This document shows positions 29,846 to 40,063 of a stretch of DNA of 64,000 bases, one piece after another. A program made the translations under genes and the position numbers. Source of the stretch: an uncultured delta proteobacterium. GTDB taxonomy: Bacteria; Desulfobacterota; Desulfobacteria; Desulfobacterales; JAFDCJ01. The stretch spans positions 29,555-93,554 of the forward strand of contig CAVZEZ010000020.1 in the NCBI GenBank assembly GCA_963774425.1, in the 5' to 3' direction. The notes under the pieces are model-generated. The model was given only the letters and a program-made list of their open reading frames with translations. It was not told the DNA's origin and searched no databases. Position 1 is the stretch's first letter, and every line of letters starts with the position of its first letter.

Positions 29846-32576
29846 TTTTCACCGGCTGCGGTTTTCTTTCAGAAATCCTCACGACGGAAGCCAGATAACT
29901 GCGGCTGCCGTTGCGTCGGAAAAGATAATTATGGGAGATGTCCTTTCGAATTTCCGGGCTCGCGAAAATCGGCAGGAAGTTGTTACGCACACAGTAGACG
30001 ATAAGCTGATTCAAATTGTCCGAGTCAATACTGCCGACCTCGTCCAAAAAAAATGGGATTCGCGTTCCAACGACGTTTTTGCGCTCCTGCAGCAAACCGA
30101 TCAGCCCGAGATAAATCACGATCTTGACGCCGGTCTCGGTCCCGTTGGACTCGAAACGATGAATTTCGTATCTCTCGACTGCTTTGGCTTGATAATTGAA
30201 CTTCACGGCGAACTTGAGCCTGAACATATCTTTCAGATTGATATCATTGCCATACTGTTTGATGTGGTTGAAATAGTCCTCGACCTGTAAATGGGCCTCT
30301 TCAAGGGATCCGGTGTCGGTCCGCGCGGCAAACAGATCGAGTTGACCGGGAACGCTTCGATCGATGGCATCCAGCAGGGTTGTTTTTTCCAGGCCGATGC
30401 CGATCTGTTCGATATTGGAGATCCGCACATTTCGGATGGCCTTGTTCAAGGCTGCCACCTGAGCTTCCACACTAGCATAAGCCTGGGTGATCTTGGACAG
30501 CTTGGCCCGCACCACCGTAAATATGCCGTCGTATTCACGCTGCAGCTGCGCTGCCAGTTCCACGATTTCCCCGGCCAGATCCGCTTTGAGCGCCAGCCAT
30601 TGCGCAAAGGGAACATCCACCCCTGACTTTTCGTAGAGAGTCTCCAACTCGGCTTTGGGTTCGCTCAATTCATTTTCATGCCGTGCCCGGGATTTGATAA
30701 TCTCCGCAAGTTCTCCGCAAACCAGATCATATTCACCTCGCAGGACTTCCAGGCTGAAATGGTTCAGGTTCTCCGGCGGGGCGGACTCAAAAGCCTCGAT
30801 CTTTTCATGATCCTGGTGGAGCTGCCGCCACTGCGTTTGCGCTGTCTGCAACGCGCTGTGGGTACGATGCTGCGCCTGGCGCAAGGATCGGATGTCCGCT
30901 TCCTTGCCGGCGACCGCGTCGTTCAGTCGTTTTAATTCAGCGGCCAGTCTGATCCGTTCAGCTTCGATATTTCCCGAAGTCTTCCACCTGGCGGTTAATT
31001 GCTGCAATTCGGCAAGATGATTGAGCAGACGCTCCTTTTCTTGGATAGCCGCGGTCAAAGACCCCAGGTCCTGCTGTTTTTTTCCCAGATTTTCGGCGAT
31101 TTCGATTTCGGCGCGGATTTTCGCCATGTGGTCTTCCAGCCGGTCGCGCTGGGCAGCAGGCGGTTCGTGATCCTTTTCCGGTATATACCACACCGACCGG
31201 GGTATGGTGAGTCCAAAGCCTATAAACTGCCCTCCGGCATCCAGGTAGTCCACCACCCGGGCCGAAGCCTCGATAAACGCCGGTCGATTCGTCAGGGCGT
31301 CGGAAGTCGCCAGACTGGTGAGGCCGTTGGATATCAGAAAGTTCAGAAGCGACCGGTGCGTTTCATCGAATCCGGCTTCAATCCATACCTGCTGCAGGGT
31401 TTTCACCTGAAGTCGGCGCATCACCCCGTCGAATTCCCTTCCGAGCGCATTGAGTTGTCTTTTCAGTTCCCCGATGTTCTGCGGTTGGGCGGCGGCCAGC
31501 GCGTTTTGAAGTTCTACCCTCGCATGAGTGAGGTCGTCGCGTTCTTTTCGGATGAGGGACTCGGAATCGTGTCGGCAAATTTCCATCAAGGTTTCAAACC
31601 GTGCTTTTGCCTGTTGGACCTCCACCATGGCGGTTTCGGTATCGCCAATGCGCTTCATGCGGGCTTTGACCTCATCGCCGAACTCCTCGAGCTGTGCCTC
31701 CTGTGTTTGGAACTTCCGGGCCAGGCTTTCTTTTTCGGTGGCCAGACGGTTCAGATAAACCGAGGAAACATGAAAAAGCCGTTCGGCATGCCGTTGCCGG
31801 TTCGCTTCGGCTTCCGCGATACGGGTGACGATCTTCTGGTAACGGGCCAAGACCGGTTTTAACGCCTCCAGGTCACGCAATTCGACCCTCAGCTGATTGA
31901 TGTGGCGGTATTTGGGCTCAAAATCCTGCAGCAGGTTGAAACTGGTCTTGACGGCGCCTTTCTCCACAATCTGGATCAGAAGCCGCTGCACATCGGCCGC
32001 ATCGATGCGGTCTAGCCGGAGCAGGCCCTGCATCAATTTCCGCAGAAGTCGAAAATTGGTCTTGGAAAGATCGAACATGGGCACATTGTATTCGCCATGG
32101 GTATGTAGCCCCAGCAGCGCTTCCTCATAGCGTTCGAATTTTTCGAACCGCCTGAAATCCCGCTTGAAAAACTCGGCCTGCAGCTTCTGAAGCGGGATGG
32201 GAGTATGGTCTCCATCGAGAAAGTCCTTCAGATCAAAGGAGCCGTTGAATACAAAATTGACCCGGCTGTCGGAATCCCCGGTGCCGAATATGCCGACGGT
32301 TCGGATACTGCCGGTGATGGTGCGCACCTCGAACAGAACGTAGGAGCCCTCCGGTCGGAAGTAAAAACTCATGGACTCCCCGGCCGACTTGATAAACGTC
32401 ATTTCATTGAGCGTGGGAAAAAACAGGAACTGGATCAACGCGATCAGGCTCGTTTTGCCGACATTATTGGCACCCACCAGATGAATGGCTTTGACGTCAA
32501 AATTCAGGACGAGGGTATCGAACATGCCGCTGTTGATCAGTCCGATTCTACGAATACTGCTGGTGTAGTCAGGCAT
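29808..32576 (-). CDS. MksB/JetC SMC-family ATPase
   Basis: Walker A GANNVGKT, long coiled coils, signature ESNGTETG and Walker B FFLDEVG. The start overlaps the upstream stop (ATGCCTGA). Confidence 0.9.
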   Translation of the reverse strand: MPDYTSSIRRIGLINSGMFDTLVLNFDVKAIHLVGANNVGKTSLIALIQFLFFPTLNEMTFIKSAGESMSFYFRPEGSYVLFEVRTITGSIRTVGIFGTGDSDSRVNFVFNGSFDLKDFLDGDHTPIPLQKLQAEFFKRDFRRFEKFERYEEALLGLHTHGEYNVPMFDLSKTNFRLLRKLMQGLLRLDRIDAADVQRLLIQIVEKGAVKTSFNLLQDFEPKYRHINQLRVELRDLEALKPVLARYQKIVTRIAEAEANRQRHAERLFHVSSVYLNRLATEKESLARKFQTQEAQLEEFGDEVKARMKRIGDTETAMVEVQQAKARFETLMEICRHDSESLIRKERDDLTHARVELQNALAAAQPQNIGELKRQLNALGREFDGVMRRLQVKTLQQVWIEAGFDETHRSLLNFLISNGLTSLATSDALTNRPAFIEASARVVDYLDAGGQFIGFGLTIPRSVWYIPEKDHEPPAAQRDRLEDHMAKIRAEIEIAENLGKKQQDLGSLTAAIQEKERLLNHLAELQQLTARWKTSGNIEAERIRLAAELKRLNDAVAGKEADIRSLRQAQHRTHSALQTAQTQWRQLHQDHEKIEAFESAPPENLNHFSLEVLRGEYDLVCGELAEIIKSRARHENELSEPKAELETLYEKSGVDVPFAQWLALKADLAGEIVELAAQLQREYDGIFTVVRAKLSKITQAYASVEAQVAALNKAIRNVRISNIEQIGIGLEKTTLLDAIDRSVPGQLDLFAARTDTGSLEEAHLQVEDYFNHIKQYGNDINLKDMFRLKFAVKFNYQAKAVERYEIHRFESNGTETGVKIVIYLGLIGLLQERKNVVGTRIPFFLDEVGSIDSDNLNQLIVYCVRNNFLPIFASPEIRKDISHNYLFRRNGSRSYLASVVRISERKPQPVKNESAVLVDRSGK

Positions 32577-33150
32577 CGCTCTCATCTTCCGCCGCAGCCG
32601 CCGCTCCTTCGGCATTGATCAGCTGGTACAGCCGCCGCGCCATGTTGATCAAACGTTCCGACGGTCTGCGAAGCGTCAGGGTTCGCGCTTCGGCGTTATA
32701 TTCCAGAAATCCCTTGTTGGCCAGGCGTCTGAACAGTTGTTCCAGCGCCCCGTCACTGTCGCTGTCGATGCCGACCTGATTCAAATACTCCTTGCCGTAA
32801 CCGTCGCGAAACCAATCCAACTCGGACCAGGGAATGCTGAGCTGAAATAGATCGCCATAGCTCTTGCTCTTTTCAAGCCACAGATCGGTCAAAAGAAAAA
32901 GAACCACCACAGCCTGCTTTTCTTCCTGGCTGAGCAGTTTGTTTTCTTTTTCCAGAAATATCACCTGATGATCACGGGTCAGGGAAAATCCGCTCAGTCT
33001 CAGATGCTCGCGGAACCAGTCGAAGTGCCGGTCCAGAATGTTATACCAGCGGTCATAGTCCTGCTTGAAGAGGTCGTTATCACTGAATTGATAACCACGC
33101 AGCAGAATCTGAACGATTCGGGCGGTCTCTTCCGGAGGATCAGTGCGCAT
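32569..33150 (-). CDS. MksE/JetB-like KITE subunit
   Basis: About 193 aa between a kleisin-sized gene and the SMC gene. C-terminal winged-helix-like LFRRLANKGFLEY. Confidence 0.72.
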   Translation of the reverse strand: MRTDPPEETARIVQILLRGYQFSDNDLFKQDYDRWYNILDRHFDWFREHLRLSGFSLTRDHQVIFLEKENKLLSQEEKQAVVVLFLLTDLWLEKSKSYGDLFQLSIPWSELDWFRDGYGKEYLNQVGIDSDSDGALEQLFRRLANKGFLEYNAEARTLTLRRPSERLINMARRLYQLINAEGAAAAAEDESDA

Positions 33151-34390
33151 GGCCAACCTCCCAGATAACATCGAAATCGTTCAGTTCCACCGTGAACTCG
33201 GTCAAATCTCCTGCAAAGGTCCTGTCGGTCATCCGAACGGTAAACGGTGGGTTGGGCATTATCAGCGGAAGCGCAATCGCTTTGAGTAGCTCACCGGGCG
33301 GATAATCCGGGAATTCACGGATTACAAAACCCGGCCAGCCGGAGATATGCCGGCCGGTTTCCATTCGCTCCAGCAGCAAATCATCGAAAAGCAGCAAGTG
33401 GTCCGCTTTTTCTTCTTTCGGCGGCAGGATGGAAAGCGGCCGTGGACAGATAATAAATTTTCCGTGAATCACATCATTGAAAAAACTACCCAGTTTGTCC
33501 AGAGACGTCGTCTGGCTCGTCTGCAAACCGGTGAGCACGATGGTTTCCGCCGACAACCGCCTCCATACTTCCTCCAGATTTGCAAGGCACCCGGCCAGGG
33601 CGTCCTTGATGTTTTTTTCTTCCATCAGCGAATTGAGCAGCGACCGGCTGGTATCAATCAGGGTTTCAAAATGGCGGATCAGCGTATAATCAATATACCG
33701 GATATCGGTATTCAACCGTTGCCGGCGGGTATTGAGCTCCACGGATTCTGCCAGCAGGCCGGAGGCGGCGCCCAGATCGGCCATGCGGCGGCGAAGCAAC
33801 GCCATCTTTTGCACGGGCACGGAATTGGGATCGATCAGTTCCTTTAACGGTTCGATATATCGCCGATAAACGGTTTTGAGCTCCTGGATACGGGTCTCGA
33901 TCGATTTGGCCCCGCTGTTGCGTTTCATATCGCCGAAGGTGCGCATACAGGCCTGGTAATGCTGAAAGCCGCTTTCGCGCACTTCCCGAACCACCAGATA
34001 TAGATTGTCCACCGTATCGGTGATCATTTCCGTTGCCGGGTTTTCGGAAAACAGGAGCTGTTGCAGGGCATCGGTCAGTTTTCCGATTTCAATAACCTGA
34101 TCCCTTAGAAACCCCGCATGGGTCAACTTGCCGCGCCGCTCATAAAAGTTCACCAACCCGGCGACAATCGGATTGACCGAGTATTCGAAGTCGGTTTCTT
34201 CATACAGGATGGAAGCGCGGCAATAGCGCTCGATCAACCGGTCTTTATCCGCGGGTGCGATCGCGTGGCGTTCCATGTAGGTCAGCAGCTTCGCGCGGCT
34301 GATCATGCCCTGTTCGGCACACAGGTCCACCAAAAGACCGTGATGCAGGCCGGCGGTCGCTAAAAATCCCTGGAAAGTGGTGATGGACAT
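33140..34390 (-). CDS. MksF/JetA-like kleisin subunit
   Basis: 416-aa helical first gene of the operon, with N-terminal winged-helix-like VNPIVAGLVNFYE. Assigned by size and position. Confidence 0.7.
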   Translation of the reverse strand: MSITTFQGFLATAGLHHGLLVDLCAEQGMISRAKLLTYMERHAIAPADKDRLIERYCRASILYEETDFEYSVNPIVAGLVNFYERRGKLTHAGFLRDQVIEIGKLTDALQQLLFSENPATEMITDTVDNLYLVVREVRESGFQHYQACMRTFGDMKRNSGAKSIETRIQELKTVYRRYIEPLKELIDPNSVPVQKMALLRRRMADLGAASGLLAESVELNTRRQRLNTDIRYIDYTLIRHFETLIDTSRSLLNSLMEEKNIKDALAGCLANLEEVWRRLSAETIVLTGLQTSQTTSLDKLGSFFNDVIHGKFIICPRPLSILPPKEEKADHLLLFDDLLLERMETGRHISGWPGFVIREFPDYPPGELLKAIALPLIMPNPPFTVRMTDRTFAGDLTEFTVELNDFDVIWEVGHAH

Positions 34391-34890
34391 CGGCGGCGCC
34401 TTTTTGAATATCGCTCCAATTTCAAGAACCGATCTGAATTTAACACATCATACCACATGAGTACAAGCTGTTGCCATCCCGGCACATACCGGCGCAGTCT
34501 ACGAAATGAACAGGTATCCTCTCCGGATGTCTATCGGCTTTTCAACATCGGTCGCTTTTTGCTGTCGGATTTCAGATGCCCGGCACTGGTCATCCGTGTT
34601 TACCGTCCCCCGCCTGGAACCCCGGATGAAACGCATCCTTCAAGAGGCTTCGGTTATCGGCCTATTCTAACCACGGACAACCTTAAAATATCCCTGGATT
34701 CGTCCTCTGTCAAAACTTCGTCATTCTCGGGATGAATTATATCAATTTCAGGTCCGAATGGACGATTAAGCTTTTGAAAATATGGAACAAACGCAAATAA
34801 ACAAAGTGGCATGCTTTTTGAATGACCGTCTATAGTTGAAAAGAAACCGCATGTGCAACTCACAACAGCTCGCTATGAGGGATAGATCCT

Positions 34891-35079
34891 ATGAAACTGA
34901 CGACAATCGGGATGGGAGTATTATTGTTGGGTGCGTTTCTGGTATTCACACGCAGGAACGAACGACGCGCAAGCTGCCGGACAACGAACGCCCTTGCATC
35001 GGGCCATAGACATCAATTAACCGATCAATATCAGACAGTACACATCACTGATTTTTCGGACGCTGTCATCATCTTGTAA
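34891..35079 (+). CDS. Small hypothetical membrane-anchored protein
   Basis: GAGGGA RBS and a hydrophobic N-terminus IGMGVLLLGAFLVF followed by RR. Confidence 0.45.
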   Translation: MKLTTIGMGVLLLGAFLVFTRRNERRASCRTTNALASGHRHQLTDQYQTVHITDFSDAVIIL

Positions 35080-35224
35080 AAAGATATTTTCTGCCGGACT
35101 ATCGTCCGACCCGATCATGGTGCGCCGGATGCCTCAAAATCCGGTCGACATGCTGGTCATCCGTTGCAAAAAGAAGTGGGGCGCTTCCGATTGTTCTTCG
35201 ACGATCAGATGGAGTTACTTTTTT

Positions 35225-35863
35225 TCATGCCTTTCCGGCAAGTGAATTTCGGACGGCTTCCAGCCCCTTGTCGAAAGCTGTCAGATTGATATTCACCTTG
35301 TCAGAGGGCATGGAGCGGGCAATCACCTCACGAAAGCATTCCCGGTTCAGCGGGAGATCACCGATACCGGCCAGCGCGCCCACCAGCAGGACATTTCCCA
35401 AGATGGGATTTCCCAGTTTCACGGCTTCGTTCGTAGCATCGATAAACCAGAAGGCCCTGGTGAGCTTTTGCATCCAACCCCGAAGGTCCTCCTCGACGGG
35501 GTAGGTTATTTCGCCGCAAATCACGCCCAGCGAATAAACGGGTCGGGTATTGGCGATTACCTTTACCTCCGGATTGCCGTAATGCTGCAACACGCGCAAT
35601 GCCTCCGTCGGCTCCAGGGCCACCACGACATGGGCCCTGCCCCTGGGAATCTGGGGAGAGAAGGCGGACTCCGCACTGATCCGTAGATGGCTCATGACCG
35701 AGCCGCCCCGCTGGGAGGCGCCGAAGGTTTCGCCGATGGTGACATGGTAGCCCTGGTCGGCAAGCATGTTGCCGATCAGTTTGGAGGCCAGTACATTGCC
35801 CTGACCGCCCACTCCGGTGATGATCAGGTTGAAGGGGTCTGCTGAAAGCGACGGGTCTGTCAT
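35225..35863 (-). CDS. iorB: Indolepyruvate:ferredoxin oxidoreductase beta subunit
   Basis: IITGVGGQGNV, GASQRGGSVMSHLR and NVLLVGAL motifs. Confidence 0.9.
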   Translation of the reverse strand: MTDPSLSADPFNLIITGVGGQGNVLASKLIGNMLADQGYHVTIGETFGASQRGGSVMSHLRISAESAFSPQIPRGRAHVVVALEPTEALRVLQHYGNPEVKVIANTRPVYSLGVICGEITYPVEEDLRGWMQKLTRAFWFIDATNEAVKLGNPILGNVLLVGALAGIGDLPLNRECFREVIARSMPSDKVNINLTAFDKGLEAVRNSLAGKA

Positions 35864-35864
35864 G

Positions 35865-37823
35865 TTATGCGGTCTCCTTTTTCCGGATAGCGCCGGAAGG
35901 ACATATGGATGCACACACACCGCAACCCGAACAGATAACATCGTCGATGCGGGCGGTTTTGTTTTTCGGATCCCATTTGAGCCCCGGGCACTTGAACACC
36001 CGGGTGCAAAGCTTGTTGCAGCCGCAATTTTCGCCAGCGCATACGGTTTCATCCACACTCACATCGAACAGCTTACGGCCCTTTTTATCCGGGCCCAGCG
36101 CACAGCTCTGCTTGAGGATGAAAACGCTCACGCCGCCTTTGTCCAGCAACGCCAGCAGCTTCTTTCGGGTTGCTTCTATCTCGAAGGGATCGGACTGTTC
36201 CACATGCGCCCCCATCGCCTCTGCGATCCGGCCGATGTCCATTGCCGGGACTGCGTTGCCCGCGGCATCCTCACCGGAACCCGGGTGCGGCTGGAAGCCG
36301 GTCATCGCTGTCCCCGAATTGTCCAGCACTACCAGGGTCATATCCGCCTGGTTGTGGATGGCGTTGACCAGCGCGGGCATGACCGCGTGGAAAAAAGTCG
36401 AATCGCCGCAGACGGACAATACCGGCTGATTCAGGCCGAATCGCTTGAGTTGGCCGAACCCGCTGGCCAGTCCGGTTCCCGATCCCATGGCATGCAGGGT
36501 TTTCATGGTGCCAAACCCGGTAGGCAGAAGTCCCAGAGAATAGCAGCCGATGTCGCCGCACAAAAAGCCCTCGCGCCCATCCATTTCGAGGGCATTGTGA
36601 ATGGTCCAGAAGCTGGCCCGGTGCGGGCAGCCTGCGCAGAATGCCAGGTCCCGCGCTGGAGCGGCCGAAGCGCCGGCTGTGGTTGCCAGCTCACTATAGG
36701 CGGCAGGCATCGGCTGATAGTCTATCGACAGTATTTTGGCCAATCCGGCGGCCACCAGGTCCGGGGTCAATTCATTGATCGACGGCAGGGTTCCGTCGCT
36801 GCGGCCGTGGAACTTCTTGATTCCGATCCGCCCGGCCATTTCGGCCGCCAGGATCTTTACGCTGTCCTCCAGAAACGGCAGGACCTCTTCCACGGTGTAG
36901 ATCACCGGACTCCTGGAAAGATAAGTTTCCATATACCTGGGAGGCAGCGGCCAGGTGGACCCCAGCTTGAGCAGGCCCACCCGCTCGTGTACCCCGAGCA
37001 AACGGATGGCCTCCTTTGAATACAGATAGCAGACGCTGCTGGTTACGATGAGCACTTCGGGAGCTTCCGGCCCCTCGTAACGATTGAACGGGCAATCCTC
37101 GAAAATCGACACTGCCTGACGCAGTTTTTCCTGCATTTGATTGTGTCGCAGGTTTACCGGCAGCGGCACCAGAAATCCTTTATCCGGGTCTAAAAAATCA
37201 CCTCTGTGTTCGAACTTTGCTTTCGGGGTATTCCCGGGCAGCTCCCCCAGGATGACATTGCCGCTGGCGTGCGACAGGCGCGTCACCGAGCGGATCATTA
37301 CCAGATTGCGAATCTGCTCAGAGAGCCCGAAGGCCCAATTGGTCATGTCCTTGGCCTCCTGGAAGTCAGCCGGTTCGACCAGCGGCACCTCGAAGAGCTT
37401 GGCGAAAGGACGGCTCTCCCCCTCGTTGCCGGAAGACAACGCGCCCGGATCCTCGCAGGAAATCAGCACCATGCCGCCCCGGGTGCCGGTTTCCGACAAA
37501 TGCAACATAAAATCGGCGGCCACGTTCACGCCGACCTGCTTCATGATGGCCGCCGCGCGCAGCCCCGCAAACGATGCCGCCGCCGCCACTTCCATGGCCA
37601 CTTTCTCGTTAATCGACCACTCGACGTAGATGTTTCTTTCCCGGGAGGCCCGGGCCAGATTCTCCACGATTTCGGAAGACGGAGTTCCCGGATAGCCGGC
37701 GGCCACTGCAATTCCGGCCTCCAGAGCCCCGCGCGCGAAAGCCTCGTTGCCCTGCATCAACCGGGTGTCGCCGGGCCGTCCGTCACATATCGTTTTCATA
37801 ACGATCTCCTGATGTTCAGACAT
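35865..37823 (-). CDS. iorA: Indolepyruvate:ferredoxin oxidoreductase alpha subunit
   Basis: GNEAFARG, GYPGTPSSE, NEKVAME, FCAGCPHR, GDIGCY, GDSTFFH and a C-terminal ferredoxin CSGCGVCASICP. Confidence 0.93.
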   Translation of the reverse strand: MSEHQEIVMKTICDGRPGDTRLMQGNEAFARGALEAGIAVAAGYPGTPSSEIVENLARASRERNIYVEWSINEKVAMEVAAAASFAGLRAAAIMKQVGVNVAADFMLHLSETGTRGGMVLISCEDPGALSSGNEGESRPFAKLFEVPLVEPADFQEAKDMTNWAFGLSEQIRNLVMIRSVTRLSHASGNVILGELPGNTPKAKFEHRGDFLDPDKGFLVPLPVNLRHNQMQEKLRQAVSIFEDCPFNRYEGPEAPEVLIVTSSVCYLYSKEAIRLLGVHERVGLLKLGSTWPLPPRYMETYLSRSPVIYTVEEVLPFLEDSVKILAAEMAGRIGIKKFHGRSDGTLPSINELTPDLVAAGLAKILSIDYQPMPAAYSELATTAGASAAPARDLAFCAGCPHRASFWTIHNALEMDGREGFLCGDIGCYSLGLLPTGFGTMKTLHAMGSGTGLASGFGQLKRFGLNQPVLSVCGDSTFFHAVMPALVNAIHNQADMTLVVLDNSGTAMTGFQPHPGSGEDAAGNAVPAMDIGRIAEAMGAHVEQSDPFEIEATRKKLLALLDKGGVSVFILKQSCALGPDKKGRKLFDVSVDETVCAGENCGCNKLCTRVFKCPGLKWDPKNKTARIDDVICSGCGVCASICPSGAIRKKETA

Positions 37824-37862
37824 AAAAATATAAAAGCGATATCTATTCGTTGGGCGGGGACT

Positions 37863-38975
37863 TCAGCCCAGCAGCCTGGCCAACACCCCGGGCGGCACCC
37901 TCAAGGCCGGCCGGCAGCCCTTGTCGTCCTGGCGAAGATAACCATGGCGATCGGCATTTCTGAACGAACGCTCCTTTTTACTCATGGCCGAACTTGCCAG
38001 CACCCTCACGTTGTCTTCGGGAAAGGCTTCGGTGATCAGCCAACCATCCGCCACGGCATCGTCCACCAGCTCGACGCCGACGCGGCTGCGGAGCATCAGG
38101 GTATTCCAGCCCGGCCGTCCCTCATACATGCCTACCGACAAGTCCGCCCACTCAGCGGTCATGTCCGGGCAAATAAAGCAGGTGTGCGGTATCAGACGCC
38201 GGATCTCGCTCAAGGAAAATCGCTGCTCATTCGTAGGGGTCTTCACCACCAGCACCTCAGCCGGCGGAGGCGGAATGTCCATACCCGTGATCTGGTCGAT
38301 GTCCATTCGCTCCGATAAATAGCCCACCAGTTGCCGATGATCCAGAGCCCAGTTGCAAAAAACCCCGACAGCGAGGGCCACCGGATCTTCAAAATCGTCC
38401 CTGCCCAGGGGATTCATTCGCATTTGGGCCACGGCGGTCATCTGACAGGATGTGCCCACCACGGCCAGACGGCGCTGACCCTCCCCAGCTGCCTGATTCA
38501 AGACAGACAGGGTCGGAGCGGCGATAAATTTGGACCCGGCGCTGGCTGCTACCTGCTCCGGCGTCGTCACCAGGCGGGCAACGGGCGCGATACCTTCGGC
38601 CCCCGTCAGAATTGCACCGTTAACCATTTGGTTCTCAAGGGCGTATGCGACGAGGGCCGATACGGTACCGCCGCCCTGAAAAGCGCCTTTGACCTTGTTT
38701 CCGGCTTTTGAAGCGACAATTCGCTCGAAACGGCCCAGGGGCGATCCGTCGTAGGGCGCGTCCCAGAAAAACCGGGAGAGCGCATCGAGGTCCACCTCTG
38801 TTTTCGGGCAGTGGGCGTTGCAGCGGCCCTGCTCCAGCGTGCAGGGGAACAGCAGGCCGCTTTTACCCTTGTAGATTTTAAAATACGGGCAGATGTTCTC
38901 GCACATGCCGCAGCCGATGCACAAATCGCGGCCGGCCACATCGTTGACAAGTTCCTTCGATCCATAAATTCGCAT
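37863..38975 (-). CDS. FrhB/FdhB (coenzyme F420 hydrogenase/dehydrogenase beta) family protein with an N-terminal ferredoxin
   Basis: CIGCGMCENICP, QGGGTVSAL, GSKF, VGTSCQ, GVFC, CFICPD and ADLSVG motifs. Confidence 0.88.
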   Translation of the reverse strand: MRIYGSKELVNDVAGRDLCIGCGMCENICPYFKIYKGKSGLLFPCTLEQGRCNAHCPKTEVDLDALSRFFWDAPYDGSPLGRFERIVASKAGNKVKGAFQGGGTVSALVAYALENQMVNGAILTGAEGIAPVARLVTTPEQVAASAGSKFIAAPTLSVLNQAAGEGQRRLAVVGTSCQMTAVAQMRMNPLGRDDFEDPVALAVGVFCNWALDHRQLVGYLSERMDIDQITGMDIPPPPAEVLVVKTPTNEQRFSLSEIRRLIPHTCFICPDMTAEWADLSVGMYEGRPGWNTLMLRSRVGVELVDDAVADGWLITEAFPEDNVRVLASSAMSKKERSFRNADRHGYLRQDDKGCRPALRVPPGVLARLLG

Positions 38976-39227
38976 CACACACCAATCTCCTTATCGTCAG
39001 TGGTGCTTTCTGAGCTTATGCCATCCAGTTTTTATATATTACTATAGAATTAGATATCAATAGAAAAACCTGAATTCAGGCATCGTATATAGGATATGGA
39101 TTCAAAAAAATAGCATGGCCTGAATTGATAGGAAGCGTTGGGAAGAGAAAGCGAGACAAAAACCGCTGCCGGTATTGACGCTGACGACGTGTCTGTACAA
39201 TCCTGAAGTTAATTTGGGCCGTTTTAT

Positions 39228-39653
39228 TCACGTTTCCATTTTATCGACCGCAGATTCAATCATATCGGCTAATTTGGCGTCAACATGTTTAAACGCGACA
39301 CCAAATCCTGTCGAAGTCACAAAAACGATTTCGCCTATTATTTTCATCGGATTCGATAGCCCATCCAGCTTGAAATCCAAAAGAATTTCTTTTGTTACAA
39401 TTTTTGAGTTGTCTGATTCTATGAAGATACCATTTCTGCTGATATTGCTGATGTAGTTTGAAAATATTCGGTCATCTATCGCATATCTTACCGGTACTCT
39501 GCAGGCTATGCGTTTCGAACCACGTCTTTCAACAAAAAAAAGCTTTTCCGCCTTTTTCAAAAGCTCCATCTGTTGGCCTTCATTCATCTTAAGAATCAAG
39601 TCAAACAATTTGGCAATCGCAACATTATACTTCCTCAAAGAGCCATCGTTCAT
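39228..39653 (-). CDS. PilZ domain protein
   Basis: ERRGSKR (RxxxR) and NISRNGIF (D/NxSxxG) motifs. Confidence 0.85.
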   Translation of the reverse strand: MNDGSLRKYNVAIAKLFDLILKMNEGQQMELLKKAEKLFFVERRGSKRIACRVPVRYAIDDRIFSNYISNISRNGIFIESDNSKIVTKEILLDFKLDGLSNPMKIIGEIVFVTSTGFGVAFKHVDAKLADMIESAVDKMET

Positions 39654-40063
39654 ATGAATTCCCCGAGTTTAAAATTCACGATGCAAGCAACAAATAGAAT
39701 TCGTATCCATCTGAAGGGGATATGATGATGAATAGGATCAAAACCGTGTCCCCGCTTACCGAGAATCGCAAAAGCTGAAGCCCTCCCTTCGGAGCGCGAT
39801 GATAAAAGCAAATCCGCGTAACATCTTGTTTGATATACCAGGCCCGACTCATATATCGGTCGCTGTATAGGGGATACTTTAAGCTTTTTTATTCACCATC
39901 GGAATTATTATCAATAAAGCAGAATTAGGTATCGCATGGAAGAAAAAGGTCCACTTTCCGACTTTCTTCAGACTCAAGTATTGACAACTACTTGGAATGT
40001 TATTATCCAAAGCATAATATTCATTATTCAGCTGTGTGGAATTTAAACTTAAAGGAGGAAAAG

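Noticed and set aside
34457-34863. Small ORFs upstream of the Mks operon as a possible fifth component
   Set aside because: They have no RBS or motif support and overlap each other on opposite strands.
3975-37019. Long antisense or alternate-frame ORFs (e.g. 3975..4928 -, 11695..12702 +, 13111..14076 -, 27040..28062 +, 35817..37019 +)
   Set aside because: They are shadows of well-supported genes on the other strand or frame and have no motifs of their own.
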